Virus record (IMG/VR): IMGVR_UViG_3300028891_000010
Span: 1-63,046 of that record
Direction: 5' to 3' (one strand)
From: a virus
Taxonomy: Duplodnaviria; Caudoviricetes
DNA length: 63,046 nucleotides
A model generated the notes under the pieces. The model searched no databases. It was given only the letters and a program-made list of their open reading frames with translations, and was not told the DNA's origin. The translations under genes and the position numbers were made by a program. Of this stretch, positions 1 through 9,759 are shown piece after piece; position 1 is the first letter of the stretch; the number at the start of each line of letters is the position of its first letter.

Positions 1-1
1 A

Positions 2-124
2 TTTAATTATGATGATTTCTGCTTTTATTGTGATAAATACTTAAATGATAATGAGAAACACTATTACAATACAGTTATAGGAAAAGTTGTAGTATGTAAG
101 AATTGTTTAAGTAGGCTTGAATGA
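2..124 (+). CDS. partial small Cys-rich (zinc-finger-like) protein, 5' truncated
   Basis: Frame 2 reads FNYDDFCFYC...VCKNCLSRLE* with two CxxC; stop overlaps the next ATG (ATGA). Confidence 0.5.
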   Translation, partial: FNYDDFCFYCDKYLNDNEKHYYNTVIGKVVVCKNCLSRLE

Positions 125-399
125 ATATTAGTAAAACAATTACTGAAGTTTGCCGTAAATTAGATATTAATTATAAATCTCCTTTTCTAGACCAGTATAA
201 GGAGGATTTAAAAACCCTCGCTGATACCTATCTACAACTTAAACAGATTATAGAGCGGCTATACGAGATAGAAAAAAGATACAGTCAAGTTAATCATTTA
301 AGGCAAGTTTTGGAAGAGGATATTAAACTACTTTTAAAAATAGATCATGATATTATTAAAGAAGCACAAGAGCTAAAAAAACTAAGAAGGGAGGAGTAA
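121..399 (+). CDS. hypothetical coiled-coil protein
   Basis: 92-aa ORF translationally coupled on both sides. Confidence 0.6.
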   Translation: MNISKTITEVCRKLDINYKSPFLDQYKEDLKTLADTYLQLKQIIERLYEIEKRYSQVNHLRQVLEEDIKLLLKIDHDIIKEAQELKKLRREE

Positions 400-809
400 T
401 GAAGGGTATATTACAAGAAGTATCAGGGCATATAGTAAAAATCGATAATACGTATTATGATGCATCTCAAGTGACTCACTTCTTACCTAAAAATACTGGT
501 ATAGAAGTGGAGTACAGTGTAGGAGACGGCAATCAGCTTATTTATATTAAGCCTACTGGAGTACAAAAGGCATCTAAACCATTTACACCTAAGAAAGTAT
601 CTCGGCAGTATAAACAACAACCTAGTCAACCTAAGCAGTCTAATCAGCCTAGTGACAACAGAGGAGAAAAGATAGCTAAGCAGCTGTTACTAAAGATAGC
701 TGATAATAAAACTAACAACTTTAGTTATAACTCTATTGATGAAGCTTTAGACGCTCTGGATCAAACCTATCAAAAACTTAAAGAAAAGTATTTGGACGAG
801 CTTAAATAA
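399..809 (+). CDS. hypothetical protein, possibly ssDNA-binding
   Basis: SD GGAGGAG; beta-rich N-terminus, Q/P-rich linker, helical C-terminus; upstream of the replication genes. Function is inference. Confidence 0.5.
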   Translation: MKGILQEVSGHIVKIDNTYYDASQVTHFLPKNTGIEVEYSVGDGNQLIYIKPTGVQKASKPFTPKKVSRQYKQQPSQPKQSNQPSDNRGEKIAKQLLLKIADNKTNNFSYNSIDEALDALDQTYQKLKEKYLDELK

Positions 810-819
810 GGGAGGTATT

Positions 820-1134
820 ATGGATTTAGAAAACATGACTTTGTGTGAGTACCGTAATTGTTTGGATCACTTAAAAAAGCTAACTGTTAAAGCATGTAAA
901 AGATACAAAATCTTCCAACTATGTAGTAATCCCGTAGATAGAGAGGATATAGTTCACGATGTATGCATTAATGCATTTTTAAAAGCTGTTAAAACGTACA
1001 ATGCAAAGAAAAGCTCGTTTGATACTTATTTTTATTATAAAGCGTCCAGCTTAGCAAGAGTAGCAGCTATAAAGCTAAAACCAAGATACAAAATAATTAA
1101 CACCTTTCCTTTAAAAATAGAGAAAATATGTTAA
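820..1134 (+). CDS. sigma70 region-2-like protein (no region 4)
   Basis: DREDIVHDVCINAFLKAVKTYNAKKSSFDTYFY resembles sigma region 2; SD GGAGGT. Confidence 0.6.
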   Translation: MDLENMTLCEYRNCLDHLKKLTVKACKRYKIFQLCSNPVDREDIVHDVCINAFLKAVKTYNAKKSSFDTYFYYKASSLARVAAIKLKPRYKIINTFPLKIEKIC

Positions 1135-3284
1135 AAAATATAGGGTTTTTAATAAAAGAAGTTAAAAAGCATTTAGAAGAGTATCTTAACGAACACGGAA
1201 TAGACACTTCTAAAAAACTCTTCAAGTGCCCAAATCATAGGCTAGGACATAAGCACAGTGATGCTAAGCCCTCTTGTAACTTCTATCCTGATAAGACTAC
1301 GTTTAGGTGCTTTGCATGCAGCTATAAGTCTGGAGATATATTTGATGCTGTTCACCTACTAGAAGGAAAAGATATTACGGGAGAAAACTTTATTGAGGTA
1401 TTAAAGTACTTATGCAATAAATACAATATATCCTACGAAGAAACTACTACAGAAGAAGAGAAGTTTTATAACGAATGCAAAGAGTTCTTAAACAAATTAG
1501 TTGACATAGCTCATCAAAACTTACTAAAAGAACTAAAGAACAATAAAAAATTAGAAAACTTTTTAAAATCTAAACACTGGTACGAATCAGTAGAATATTT
1601 TAAGTTAGGTTATCTTAGTAAAACACCAGCTTTACAGGTGAATAGAGAAATATTATCTTATTTAAATATTAAAAACATAACAAGCTTAGCTAATCGCATT
1701 ATAATTCCTATTTATAGCTACAATGGGAATATAGCTGGTCTGACTCTAAGAAACCTAAGTGAGAATGGCCCTAAGTACACCCACTACCTAATGTATAATA
1801 TACGTAATCTGTTATTTAATATCCACAATATTAGCAGTAATGAAGTCTATGTAGTTGAAGGGCCCTCATCAGTTATAACACTACACTCCTTTGGAGTAAA
1901 TAATGCAGTAGCCACGTTTGGAAATCATTTTCACAAAAAGCAATACGAACTACTTGTAAAGAAAAGAATTAGTAAATTGACACTTATATACGATGGAGAC
2001 AACGGAGGATTGGAGGGAATAAGAAACTCACTGGGAGTTATTTCTAGATACGATATAGATGCATATATAGCTTTTTTACCCGACAAGCTAGATCCAGGGG
2101 ATTATATTATTCAGAGCAAAAGTCTATCAGGCGTTAATACCAAACCACTAATAAATTACCTCATAGAGCAGTATAAAATTAATATAAGCGACAAATACAT
2201 TGAAAAGTGCCTAATGACTTATATCAGTTCTATTACAGACTTAGTTAAAAAAGAAGAAACTATTAATTTAGTATCTAAACAAACTAAAATAAATAAAAGT
2301 ACTTTAACAGATTTGCTAGATTTATATAGCAAAAAGCTAGATTCTATTAGCATTAGTGAACTATTGAAAGAGAGAGAATCTTTATTAGTTACTTTAAACG
2401 AATATGAAAAATGGTCCTGGAGCAGAGGTCAACTGTTAGGCTTAAAGAGTTACAAGTCGTTCGATAATAAGCTGGATGGTATACAAAATGGCTTGATATT
2501 AGTCGGAGGAGTGCCAAATATAGGTAAGAGTGCGTTATTATTGTCACTATTGGTCAAGTTAGTCACTCTAAACGAGAATGTATATGCTATATACTTTACT
2601 ATCGATGATCCTTTATACGTCACTATTTCTAGATTAATAGCTAATATTTCTAACTTGCCTATTAACATAGTGTCCAATCCTAACTTTAAGATTATTAAAG
2701 CAAATTTACCTGAAGAAGTCAAGAAGGATTACATAGCGAGAAGAGAAAAAGCATTAGAGTTTTTAAGAGATAAAACAACTATATTAAACATTAAAGACAG
2801 TTCTGAAGGAAGTACTATTGAAGCTGTAGTGGAAAAAGTTAAGAATATACATCCTTTAGTAGAGCATAAACAACTAGTAGTATTTATAGATAACTTACAC
2901 AATCTTAGAAGCGAAAAATATATTAGTGACAGGCATCTATATTCGTTAATATCAAGTGAGTTAAATAATTTATCTAACGCGTATAAATGTCCTATTATAG
3001 CATCTACTCATGTCACTAAAGAGTCTATGAGAAAGGGCGACGTAGATAACACTGCTATTAAAGAAACGGTAGAGCTAATATACGATGCCAAGCTCATAAC
3101 TTTTTTACACTCGGAAGAAGATTTGGAAGAATCAGAAGTCAGAGATGATGTAGATGTAAGTATCATTATATCTAAGAACAAATTTTCATCTTTTAAAGGT
3201 AGAATTCCTTTTAGATTCTGCCGTTCTGTCTCTAAGATAGAGGAGGTTGATGTAAAGAATGAGTCAAATGAATTATTCACATGA
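1128..3284 (+). CDS. DNA primase-helicase (CHC2 Zn finger, TOPRIM, DnaB-like SF4 helicase)
   Basis: CPNH...CFAC zinc finger; VVEG and YDGDNGG TOPRIM motifs; DPGD; Walker A GVPNIGKS; VFIDNLH. Confidence 0.9.
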   Translation: MLKNIGFLIKEVKKHLEEYLNEHGIDTSKKLFKCPNHRLGHKHSDAKPSCNFYPDKTTFRCFACSYKSGDIFDAVHLLEGKDITGENFIEVLKYLCNKYNISYEETTTEEEKFYNECKEFLNKLVDIAHQNLLKELKNNKKLENFLKSKHWYESVEYFKLGYLSKTPALQVNREILSYLNIKNITSLANRIIIPIYSYNGNIAGLTLRNLSENGPKYTHYLMYNIRNLLFNIHNISSNEVYVVEGPSSVITLHSFGVNNAVATFGNHFHKKQYELLVKKRISKLTLIYDGDNGGLEGIRNSLGVISRYDIDAYIAFLPDKLDPGDYIIQSKSLSGVNTKPLINYLIEQYKINISDKYIEKCLMTYISSITDLVKKEETINLVSKQTKINKSTLTDLLDLYSKKLDSISISELLKERESLLVTLNEYEKWSWSRGQLLGLKSYKSFDNKLDGIQNGLILVGGVPNIGKSALLLSLLVKLVTLNENVYAIYFTIDDPLYVTISRLIANISNLPINIVSNPNFKIIKANLPEEVKKDYIARREKALEFLRDKTTILNIKDSSEGSTIEAVVEKVKNIHPLVEHKQLVVFIDNLHNLRSEKYISDRHLYSLISSELNNLSNAYKCPIIASTHVTKESMRKGDVDNTAIKETVELIYDAKLITFLHSEEDLEESEVRDDVDVSIIISKNKFSSFKGRIPFRFCRSVSKIEEVDVKNESNELFT

Positions 3285-3678
3285 TATATATTATATAAGG
3301 AGCAACAAAGATCTAACTGATCCGTTTGTAGCTGCTGATTTCGATAATACAATAGAGATGATTATGCCAGTAATCAGATGCGAAATAGTAGAAAAAGTAA
3401 ACTACAGTCTACCTGAAATTAGAGTAATCTTACCTCTTAGTGATTCTTTCCACATTCTAAGGCCTATTAAGTACAACTATATTTATGATTGTAAACGACA
3501 CTGGCTATTTTTATTCAAAGCACATGAAATCGTTAGACTACTCGATGTTAGTCGAAGTGTGTCTACTGCAGCAGGTACGGGAGATTATAAAAACATAGAC
3601 AAAGTAAATGCTATGTTACTCAACAATTACATATCTAAACATCTCTTTAAAGGATTTTGCGATGGTAGTAAAGATTAA
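3259..3678 (+). CDS. hypothetical protein
   Basis: 139-aa ORF packed between primase-helicase and dUTPase. Confidence 0.55.
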   Translation: MSQMNYSHDIYYIRSNKDLTDPFVAADFDNTIEMIMPVIRCEIVEKVNYSLPEIRVILPLSDSFHILRPIKYNYIYDCKRHWLFLFKAHEIVRLLDVSRSVSTAAGTGDYKNIDKVNAMLLNNYISKHLFKGFCDGSKD

Positions 3679-4081
3679 ATTATTACATTCATTAGCTAAA
3701 ATACCTACTAGGAAATATTCAGGAGATGCTGGCTATGATTTATATTCTGTAGAATGTAAAACTATTCCTCCAAGATCTATTGCAGAAGTTCAAACAGGGA
3801 TAGCTATAGAACTTCCTAAAGGATATTATGCAGAAATACATTCGCGTAGTGGATTAAGACTAAAAGGTATATTTCCACCTGTTGGGATAATAGACGAAGG
3901 CTATAGAAATGATTTACGAGTTATACTATATAATTTTACTGACAAGCCTTATCAAGTTAATATAGGTGATAGAGTAGCACAACTTATCGTAAAACCCAGA
4001 GTAGAAGTTAATTTTAAACAAGTAAGCGTATTAAATAAATCAGAAAGAGGTAGTCATGGATTTGGTTCCACAGGTAAATAA
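3662..4081 (+). CDS. dut: trimeric dUTPase
   Basis: Motifs AGYDL, RSGL, GIIDEGYR, GDRVAQL, RGSHGFGSTG; start placed at ATG 3662. Confidence 0.95.
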   Translation: MVVKIKLLHSLAKIPTRKYSGDAGYDLYSVECKTIPPRSIAEVQTGIAIELPKGYYAEIHSRSGLRLKGIFPPVGIIDEGYRNDLRVILYNFTDKPYQVNIGDRVAQLIVKPRVEVNFKQVSVLNKSERGSHGFGSTGK

Positions 4082-6359
4082 TTGCCAGGAGTGTGCATTG
4101 AGAAAAAATAGCAAACCTATACCTGGAGAAGGACCCATACCCACCGACATAATGATCATCGGTCTAGCTCCAGGATACGAGGAGATAAAGCAAAATAAAT
4201 TGTTTGTAGGTCCATCAGGTCAAAAATTAAACAGCACGCTACAAGAGATAGGTTTAAATAGAGATCAAATTTATATTACAAACATAGTAAAATGTGCTAA
4301 TACTCCAGGCAGAAAACTATCAAAAACATTTATTAAAAAATGCAGCAGTTTATGGTTAACTAAAGAAATTGAATTAGTTCAACCTAAAGTAATTTTAGCT
4401 TTAGGACAAGACGCAAGTAGTTTTTTTGGTAAAAAATTTGTAGTCAATAGTTACTTTTACAATAACAATTACAACTGCTGGATAGTAGTTACACATCATC
4501 CTGCAAGACTGCTAAGAACATATAACGACAAACTACATCAAGAACTTAAAATGGCGTTTATTATAGCAAAAAATTTACTGCATCAGTCTAATTCTAGTGT
4601 AATAAAATCTAACGCACAATACATTGAGAGTATTAGTATTGACGCTCTTAATAGATTAGGAACACTAGTGGCTATAGACTTAGAAACCACAGGACTAAAC
4701 TTTCTTACCGATTCTATAAGAGCAGTAGGAGTTAGTAATGGCAATACATCAATAGGATTTCCTTTTAACGAACAAAATAAAAAAGTATTTCAAGAGTGGT
4801 ATAGGGATAAATCTTTTATACTTCATAATGCTAAATTTGATTATAAATTCTTAAAGAAAGAAGACATTAAAATAGCAGTACATTTTGATACTAAATTAGC
4901 TCATTCAGTTATTGACAGAGACTCTCCTAATGGCTTATCTGAATTAGCCTTAAAATATTTACACACCAAACTAACTAAAGGAACTATTGATTTTGACGAT
5001 GCAGGTTATTCTAATATAGATGCAAAACAGTTATCTATTTATGCTGCTAATGACGCTTTTATGACTTATAAAATATATGAAATTCTTAAACCTATGATAG
5101 ATGTAGAATACAAGTTTGTGTATTACAACATCACTATTCCAACTATGTTATGGCTAGCAGATGCTGAATTTAGAGGAATAAAGGTAGATAGAGAAGAAAT
5201 TAAAAAAGAATTAGCTTATATGAAATTTAAACTAAAATCAATTGAGTCTGATATAAATAATCACCCTGTTGTTAAAAGCTATCTTGCTAAGAAAGGATTA
5301 AATAATCTTAATCTACGCTCACCTAAACAGTTATCAGAATTGTTATACAAGCGCTTGCAGTTACAATGCAATGATAAAAATACTTCTGAAGCTACTTTAG
5401 AATATTTATCTGAAAAATATCCTCAGTATACGTTTATAAAACAAATAGTAGAATACAGGCATTATTTTAAAGGATTTAGAACTTACTTAGAAAATCTATT
5501 AAAATTTAGTGAAGTGGATGGTAGAGTCCACCCTGACTACTCTCAGACTCGAACTTCAACGAGTCGTCTAGCTTGCCGTTCTCCAAATTTACAAAACATA
5601 CCTAAGTCAGCAGAGATATCAAAAATCATAAGAAAATGTTTTGTTGCTACTGAAGGCTATGTATTAATGCAAGCAGACTTTTCTCAAGCAGAGTTCAGAT
5701 GTCTCGGTCACTATTCAAAATGCTCCAATTTAATTAGACTAATAAATGAAAAGAAAGACATACATAGAATGCTAGCATCACTAGCATATGGTAAAGCTGA
5801 GTCGGAGATAAGTGACAATGAGAGAACCATTGCAAAGACCATAACTTTTGGAATAATGTATGGTCGAGGTGCTAAGTCTATAGCAGAGCAGTTTGGCATA
5901 TCTATTGAAGAAGCTCAGAAAATAAGAAATCTGTTTTTTGAAACTTTTCCAGAAGCTACTAGATGGATGCAGAAAGCTAAGGAATTTGCTAAGAAATACG
6001 GATTTGTTAAGACGTTAACAGGAAGAAAATTACCTTTGCCTAAAATATTTTCTAAAAACGAAGAAGAGGCTGCGTATGCAGGTAGATGCTCCGTAAACTA
6101 TCCTATACAGTCTACTGTGGCAGATATGACTAACCTTGCTGGAGCACTAATACATCATGAGTTTAAAAAACAAGGATTAGATGCTTATTTATTATTAAAT
6201 ATTCATGATGCTTTGGTTATAGAATGTCATAAGTCTGCAGTAGATAAAGTAAAAGAGCTGGTTATGGACATAATGAAAAATAAAGTTAAAGAGATTTTAA
6301 AACTAAGAGTAGATTTAGATGTTGATGTTAAAATAGGTAAAACACTTAATTTAGAATGA
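4056..6359 (+). CDS. polA: family A DNA polymerase with N-terminal uracil-DNA-glycosylase-like domain and 3'-5' exonuclease
   Basis: UDG-like CQEC..GEG..GLAPG..FVGPSG..TNIVKC..HHPA; exonuclease DLETTG, HNAKFD, YAAND; polymerase DFSQAEFR, KTITFGIMYG, IHDAL. Confidence 0.95.
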   Translation: MDLVPQVNNCQECALRKNSKPIPGEGPIPTDIMIIGLAPGYEEIKQNKLFVGPSGQKLNSTLQEIGLNRDQIYITNIVKCANTPGRKLSKTFIKKCSSLWLTKEIELVQPKVILALGQDASSFFGKKFVVNSYFYNNNYNCWIVVTHHPARLLRTYNDKLHQELKMAFIIAKNLLHQSNSSVIKSNAQYIESISIDALNRLGTLVAIDLETTGLNFLTDSIRAVGVSNGNTSIGFPFNEQNKKVFQEWYRDKSFILHNAKFDYKFLKKEDIKIAVHFDTKLAHSVIDRDSPNGLSELALKYLHTKLTKGTIDFDDAGYSNIDAKQLSIYAANDAFMTYKIYEILKPMIDVEYKFVYYNITIPTMLWLADAEFRGIKVDREEIKKELAYMKFKLKSIESDINNHPVVKSYLAKKGLNNLNLRSPKQLSELLYKRLQLQCNDKNTSEATLEYLSEKYPQYTFIKQIVEYRHYFKGFRTYLENLLKFSEVDGRVHPDYSQTRTSTSRLACRSPNLQNIPKSAEISKIIRKCFVATEGYVLMQADFSQAEFRCLGHYSKCSNLIRLINEKKDIHRMLASLAYGKAESEISDNERTIAKTITFGIMYGRGAKSIAEQFGISIEEAQKIRNLFFETFPEATRWMQKAKEFAKKYGFVKTLTGRKLPLPKIFSKNEEEAAYAGRCSVNYPIQSTVADMTNLAGALIHHEFKKQGLDAYLLLNIHDALVIECHKSAVDKVKELVMDIMKNKVKEILKLRVDLDVDVKIGKTLNLE

Positions 6360-6688
6360 TTTTTAAAATTCATTATAGTAAAGGCGTAAAAAAAGCTACT
6401 TTAAAACAAGTGCGTATTTCTAGAGATAAGAAATGGTTAATATGGATATTTGATTCTGACAATAACGAATATAGAGGTATTACTACATCGTACGTAGCTT
6501 ATGGTAATAAAGCGTATGTATGGTATTCTTTACTTGCAGGTTATTTTTTACCCCATGCCTATACTGTCAATATCGAGAACATTATAGGCAAAGAATGCTA
6601 TATTAAGCTAAGTAGCAAAAACATGGTAACAAGTATTATTCCCATTCAAAATAGCAATATAGACAAAGATGAAGATATATTTAAATAA
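6356..6688 (+). CDS. putative ssDNA-binding protein (DUF669-like)
   Basis: Beta-rich, IIGKECYIKL pattern, acidic tail ending DEDIFK; directly after the polymerase. Confidence 0.4.
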   Translation: MIFKIHYSKGVKKATLKQVRISRDKKWLIWIFDSDNNEYRGITTSYVAYGNKAYVWYSLLAGYFLPHAYTVNIENIIGKECYIKLSSKNMVTSIIPIQNSNIDKDEDIFK

Positions 6689-7205
6689 AGAATTACAAGA
6701 TGGAGTTTACATAGGCATAGATGCTGCTGCTAAAACAGGTTGGGCAGTAATATTTGTACGTAATAAGGTTGCTGATCTAATTGATTTTGGTTCTATTTCC
6801 TTAGAAAGAAATATACCCGAACTAGTTAAATTTGAAATATTCGAAAACACTTTTAATGTTCAGCTATCAAAATATCTTAAACACTCAGAAGTCACAATAG
6901 CCATAGAAGATTGTTTTTTAGGTAAATGGAATCCTAAAACTTTTAAATTACTTGCCAGACTAGAGGGATACTTAATCCATTATTTTAAAACTGTTAAAAG
7001 AAACGTCAACATAACTCTCATGCCTCCGTTAACAGCACGTAAAATAGTAGGAGCTAAAAAAATAAAAGGAAAGTATAGGAAAAAGAAGTTGGTAAATTTT
7101 GTAAATTTTCTACTAAAAAAACAACACTTTACTGAAAAACATCATGATATATGTGACGCTATTATATTAGCTCTGTCGGTTGCGATTAAAGAAGGTAAAA
7201 AATGA
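6669..7205 (+). CDS. ruvC: RuvC-like Holliday junction resolvase
   Basis: IGIDAAAKTGWAVI, IAIED, HDICDAIILA (RNase H-fold acidic motifs). Confidence 0.85.
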   Translation: MKIYLNKELQDGVYIGIDAAAKTGWAVIFVRNKVADLIDFGSISLERNIPELVKFEIFENTFNVQLSKYLKHSEVTIAIEDCFLGKWNPKTFKLLARLEGYLIHYFKTVKRNVNITLMPPLTARKIVGAKKIKGKYRKKKLVNFVNFLLKKQHFTEKHHDICDAIILALSVAIKEGKK

Positions 7206-7432
7206 CCCATACTAAAAAACAGATAATCAAAAAATTATACTTTTTATTGGAAAAATACAACTTACCTTTTATGAATTTATTAGTTACTGCTGTTTGCTTG
7301 CATAGAGGAATTTTTCCTAATACAGTTATTAATGAATTATCTGCTCTTAGTGATGCAGATGTCCTTAAAGCTCTTGAAACTTTTGAAAATAATCTTAAAG
7401 GTTTAAAACATAATACAGAGGAGGATGTATGA
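7202..7432 (+). CDS. hypothetical protein
   Basis: 76 aa with ATGA overlaps on both sides. Confidence 0.55.
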   Translation: MTHTKKQIIKKLYFLLEKYNLPFMNLLVTAVCLHRGIFPNTVINELSALSDADVLKALETFENNLKGLKHNTEEDV

Positions 7433-8424
7433 ATAAAAATATTGAAAAAATTATACACGCTATTAATAAGAAGTATGGAGATGGTACCATTACAGTGGGA
7501 GGCTTTGATAATATGCTTATAGAACGAGCTAGCAGTGGTATAGTAGCTTTAGACTTAGTGTTAGGGCTAGGAATCCCTCGTAGCAGTATAATAATGTTCT
7601 ACGGTAGAGAATCTTCTGCCAAGTCTAGTATTGCACTAAAGATGATATCTGAGTATCAAAAGAGAGGTGAGCTGTGTGCTTATATAGATATAGAACACTC
7701 CTTAAGCGCTGACTGGGCAGAGACACTAGGAGTTAATTTAAACGATTTAGTAATAGCTCAGCCAGACTCGTTAGAAAAATCCATTGATATTATTGATTCA
7801 CTTACTAGAAGTAAAGAATTTGGACTAATAGTATATGACTCATTAGCTATGGCAGTTCCTGAGGAAGAGCTAGAAAAATCAGCTTTTGACCAGCAGATGG
7901 CACTAAACGCTCGCTTAAACAGTAAGATGTGTAGAAAGTTAATTTCTGCACTGCAACCTGTTAATTTATCTGATAAGACTACCTATAATAAGACTACTGT
8001 ACTGCTGATAAATCAAGTACGCGAAGATGTTGGAAAGCCTTATGCTAGGGGCTATACTTATAGTGGAGGACATGCTTTAAGGCATACTGCACGCATAGTA
8101 GTAGACTTTACGAGGGGAGAGTACATAAAGAATAAAAATCAAGAGCCTATAGGAATAGAGATTAAATTCAGAACTACCAAAAACAAAACCTGGTACCCCT
8201 ATAGATCAGGCATAATAAAGTTTTATTTCGATGGACATATTGATAATAATGAAACCATTCTAATGGAGGCTAAAAAAATAGGTATTATAAAGCAATGCGG
8301 ATCTATATATGAGTACAACCATATCAAGGAAAGAGGTCTTGAGAATTTCCTAAAAGCCGTTTTAAAACAAAATCTTCTAAAGGAAATTTTAGAAAAGGTA
8401 TATAACTATTATAAGAAAGGATAG
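7429..8424 (+). CDS. recA: RecA/UvsX-like recombinase
   Basis: SSGIVALDLVLG, GRESSAKS, AYIDIEH, IVYDSLA, LINQVR, GGHALRH, KNK. Confidence 0.95.
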   Translation: MNKNIEKIIHAINKKYGDGTITVGGFDNMLIERASSGIVALDLVLGLGIPRSSIIMFYGRESSAKSSIALKMISEYQKRGELCAYIDIEHSLSADWAETLGVNLNDLVIAQPDSLEKSIDIIDSLTRSKEFGLIVYDSLAMAVPEEELEKSAFDQQMALNARLNSKMCRKLISALQPVNLSDKTTYNKTTVLLINQVREDVGKPYARGYTYSGGHALRHTARIVVDFTRGEYIKNKNQEPIGIEIKFRTTKNKTWYPYRSGIIKFYFDGHIDNNETILMEAKKIGIIKQCGSIYEYNHIKERGLENFLKAVLKQNLLKEILEKVYNYYKKG

Positions 8425-8428
8425 AAAA

Positions 8429-8857
8429 ATGAATAATGTAGATTTACAAGTTATATCTCGAGACACAATAGAAAAAGTAAAATCCTTATTCGACATCGTA
8501 AAGCAAATATCTAATGAGCTACTGCAAAATGCTGGAAGTAGTAATTTACATACTTACTACACTTATCTGGATAAACTTACAGCTATATATACTTCTTTAA
8601 TTGAGCATTATAAAAAGATAAGAGCACTAAAAAAGAACAAAGAAGCTGAGTATTATTATTCACTTAAGCTGCAAGCAGATTCAGAAAACAAAAAGTTCGT
8701 ATCTGCTGTAGCGGAGCAAGAGGCCAGTCTATACGTGGCTCCATTGCGCACTGCTAGAGATCTACTCGAAGGTTATGTAGATGCAGTAGCAAGGCTTATA
8801 GACACCTGTCGAACTCATTTATACGAATCAGTTAAGGATAAAAAATATGAACTTTAG
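8429..8857 (+). CDS. helical protein, possibly UvsY-like recombination mediator
   Basis: All-helical 142 aa directly after recA; inference from position and size. Confidence 0.35.
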   Translation: MNNVDLQVISRDTIEKVKSLFDIVKQISNELLQNAGSSNLHTYYTYLDKLTAIYTSLIEHYKKIRALKKNKEAEYYYSLKLQADSENKKFVSAVAEQEASLYVAPLRTARDLLEGYVDAVARLIDTCRTHLYESVKDKKYEL

Positions 8858-9098
8858 TAATTACCAAAGCGAGTTATATGTTTCTACCAATTTAAAAAAA
8901 GTGAAGTACGATGGTAGGATCTACGAAGTAAAGTCGGTAAAAATAATTGAACCAGATTCACTAGATTTTAGACATAAGTGTGTGGATGGGTGTAATTACT
9001 CTGTTAATTTTGATCAGTATATTACTTATCAAGATCAAAGCTATTATGTATTTTTTTGTAATAAATGTAAAACTTTATTTTTAAAACCCATGCTATGA
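8847..9098 (+). CDS. small zinc-ribbon protein
   Basis: HKCVDGC ... FCNKCK. Confidence 0.5.
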   Translation: MNFSNYQSELYVSTNLKKVKYDGRIYEVKSVKIIEPDSLDFRHKCVDGCNYSVNFDQYITYQDQSYYVFFCNKCKTLFLKPML

Positions 9099-9526
9099 TA
9101 GTCAATTACACTTATAATAATTTCGAAAAGGATGTTAAAAATTTACTACGTCGTATTAAATACAGTAAAATTAAGTTCAACACCATAGTAGCCGTTGCTA
9201 GGGGAGGTTTATTGCTTGGAGTTAAACTTTCTCACAAACTAAAAGTTCCTCTACTTATTGTGTCCGCAAGAAGCTATAATGGGTACAAACAGGAGAATCT
9301 TGTATTTAACGCATCTTTTACTCGCCCTTTAGAAAGTCCTGCTTTAATAGTAGATGATATCACAGACACTGGAAACACCCTACAAGCGATAGCCAATTAT
9401 ATAACTTCTATGGGTATTGAATGCAAAACAGCTACTTTATGCTATAAGGAGAAATCCATAATAAAACCTACTTGGTACTGTCGAAAAGTAAACAACAAAG
9501 ACTGGATTAAGTTTTTTTGGGAATGA
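9095..9526 (+). CDS. type I purine phosphoribosyltransferase (Gpt-like)
   Basis: VAVARGG, PRPP-binding LIVDDITDTGNT, C-terminal WIKFFWE. Confidence 0.9.
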   Translation: MIVNYTYNNFEKDVKNLLRRIKYSKIKFNTIVAVARGGLLLGVKLSHKLKVPLLIVSARSYNGYKQENLVFNASFTRPLESPALIVDDITDTGNTLQAIANYITSMGIECKTATLCYKEKSIIKPTWYCRKVNNKDWIKFFWE

Positions 9527-9759
9527 TTAAGGTACTAGATATTTTATCGGCTGTATTAACTCTTGTTTGTTTAAATCTAGTATATAAGTCTTACAAAATT
9601 TGGCTTTTGTATGTTATCTCTAGTATAATGTTTACTGTGGTGGTATGCTACAAACACTTACCTGGGTTAACGTTAATGGGGCTGTTCTTAATAGGAACTG
9701 GAATAAGTAACTATATAAAGGGGAGAAAACATGAACTTACCAGACGTACAAAACGTTAA
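9523..9759 (+). CDS. small 3-TM membrane protein (half-PnuC/SemiSWEET-like)
   Basis: Three hydrophobic segments; ATG 9523 overlaps the PRTase stop. Confidence 0.5.
   Translation: MIKVLDILSAVLTLVCLNLVYKSYKIWLLYVISSIMFTVVVCYKHLPGLTLMGLFLIGTGISNYIKGRKHELTRRTKR

Noticed and set aside
2590-2612. Helicase FTIDD in place of DnaB FSLEM as a sign of inactivation
   Set aside because: An acidic residue is retained and the other motifs are intact.
2450-3352. Minus-strand ORFs inside primase-helicase, and similar ones at 5711, 13199, 14426, 26488 and 28034
   Set aside because: Antisense to well-supported genes, with no motifs.
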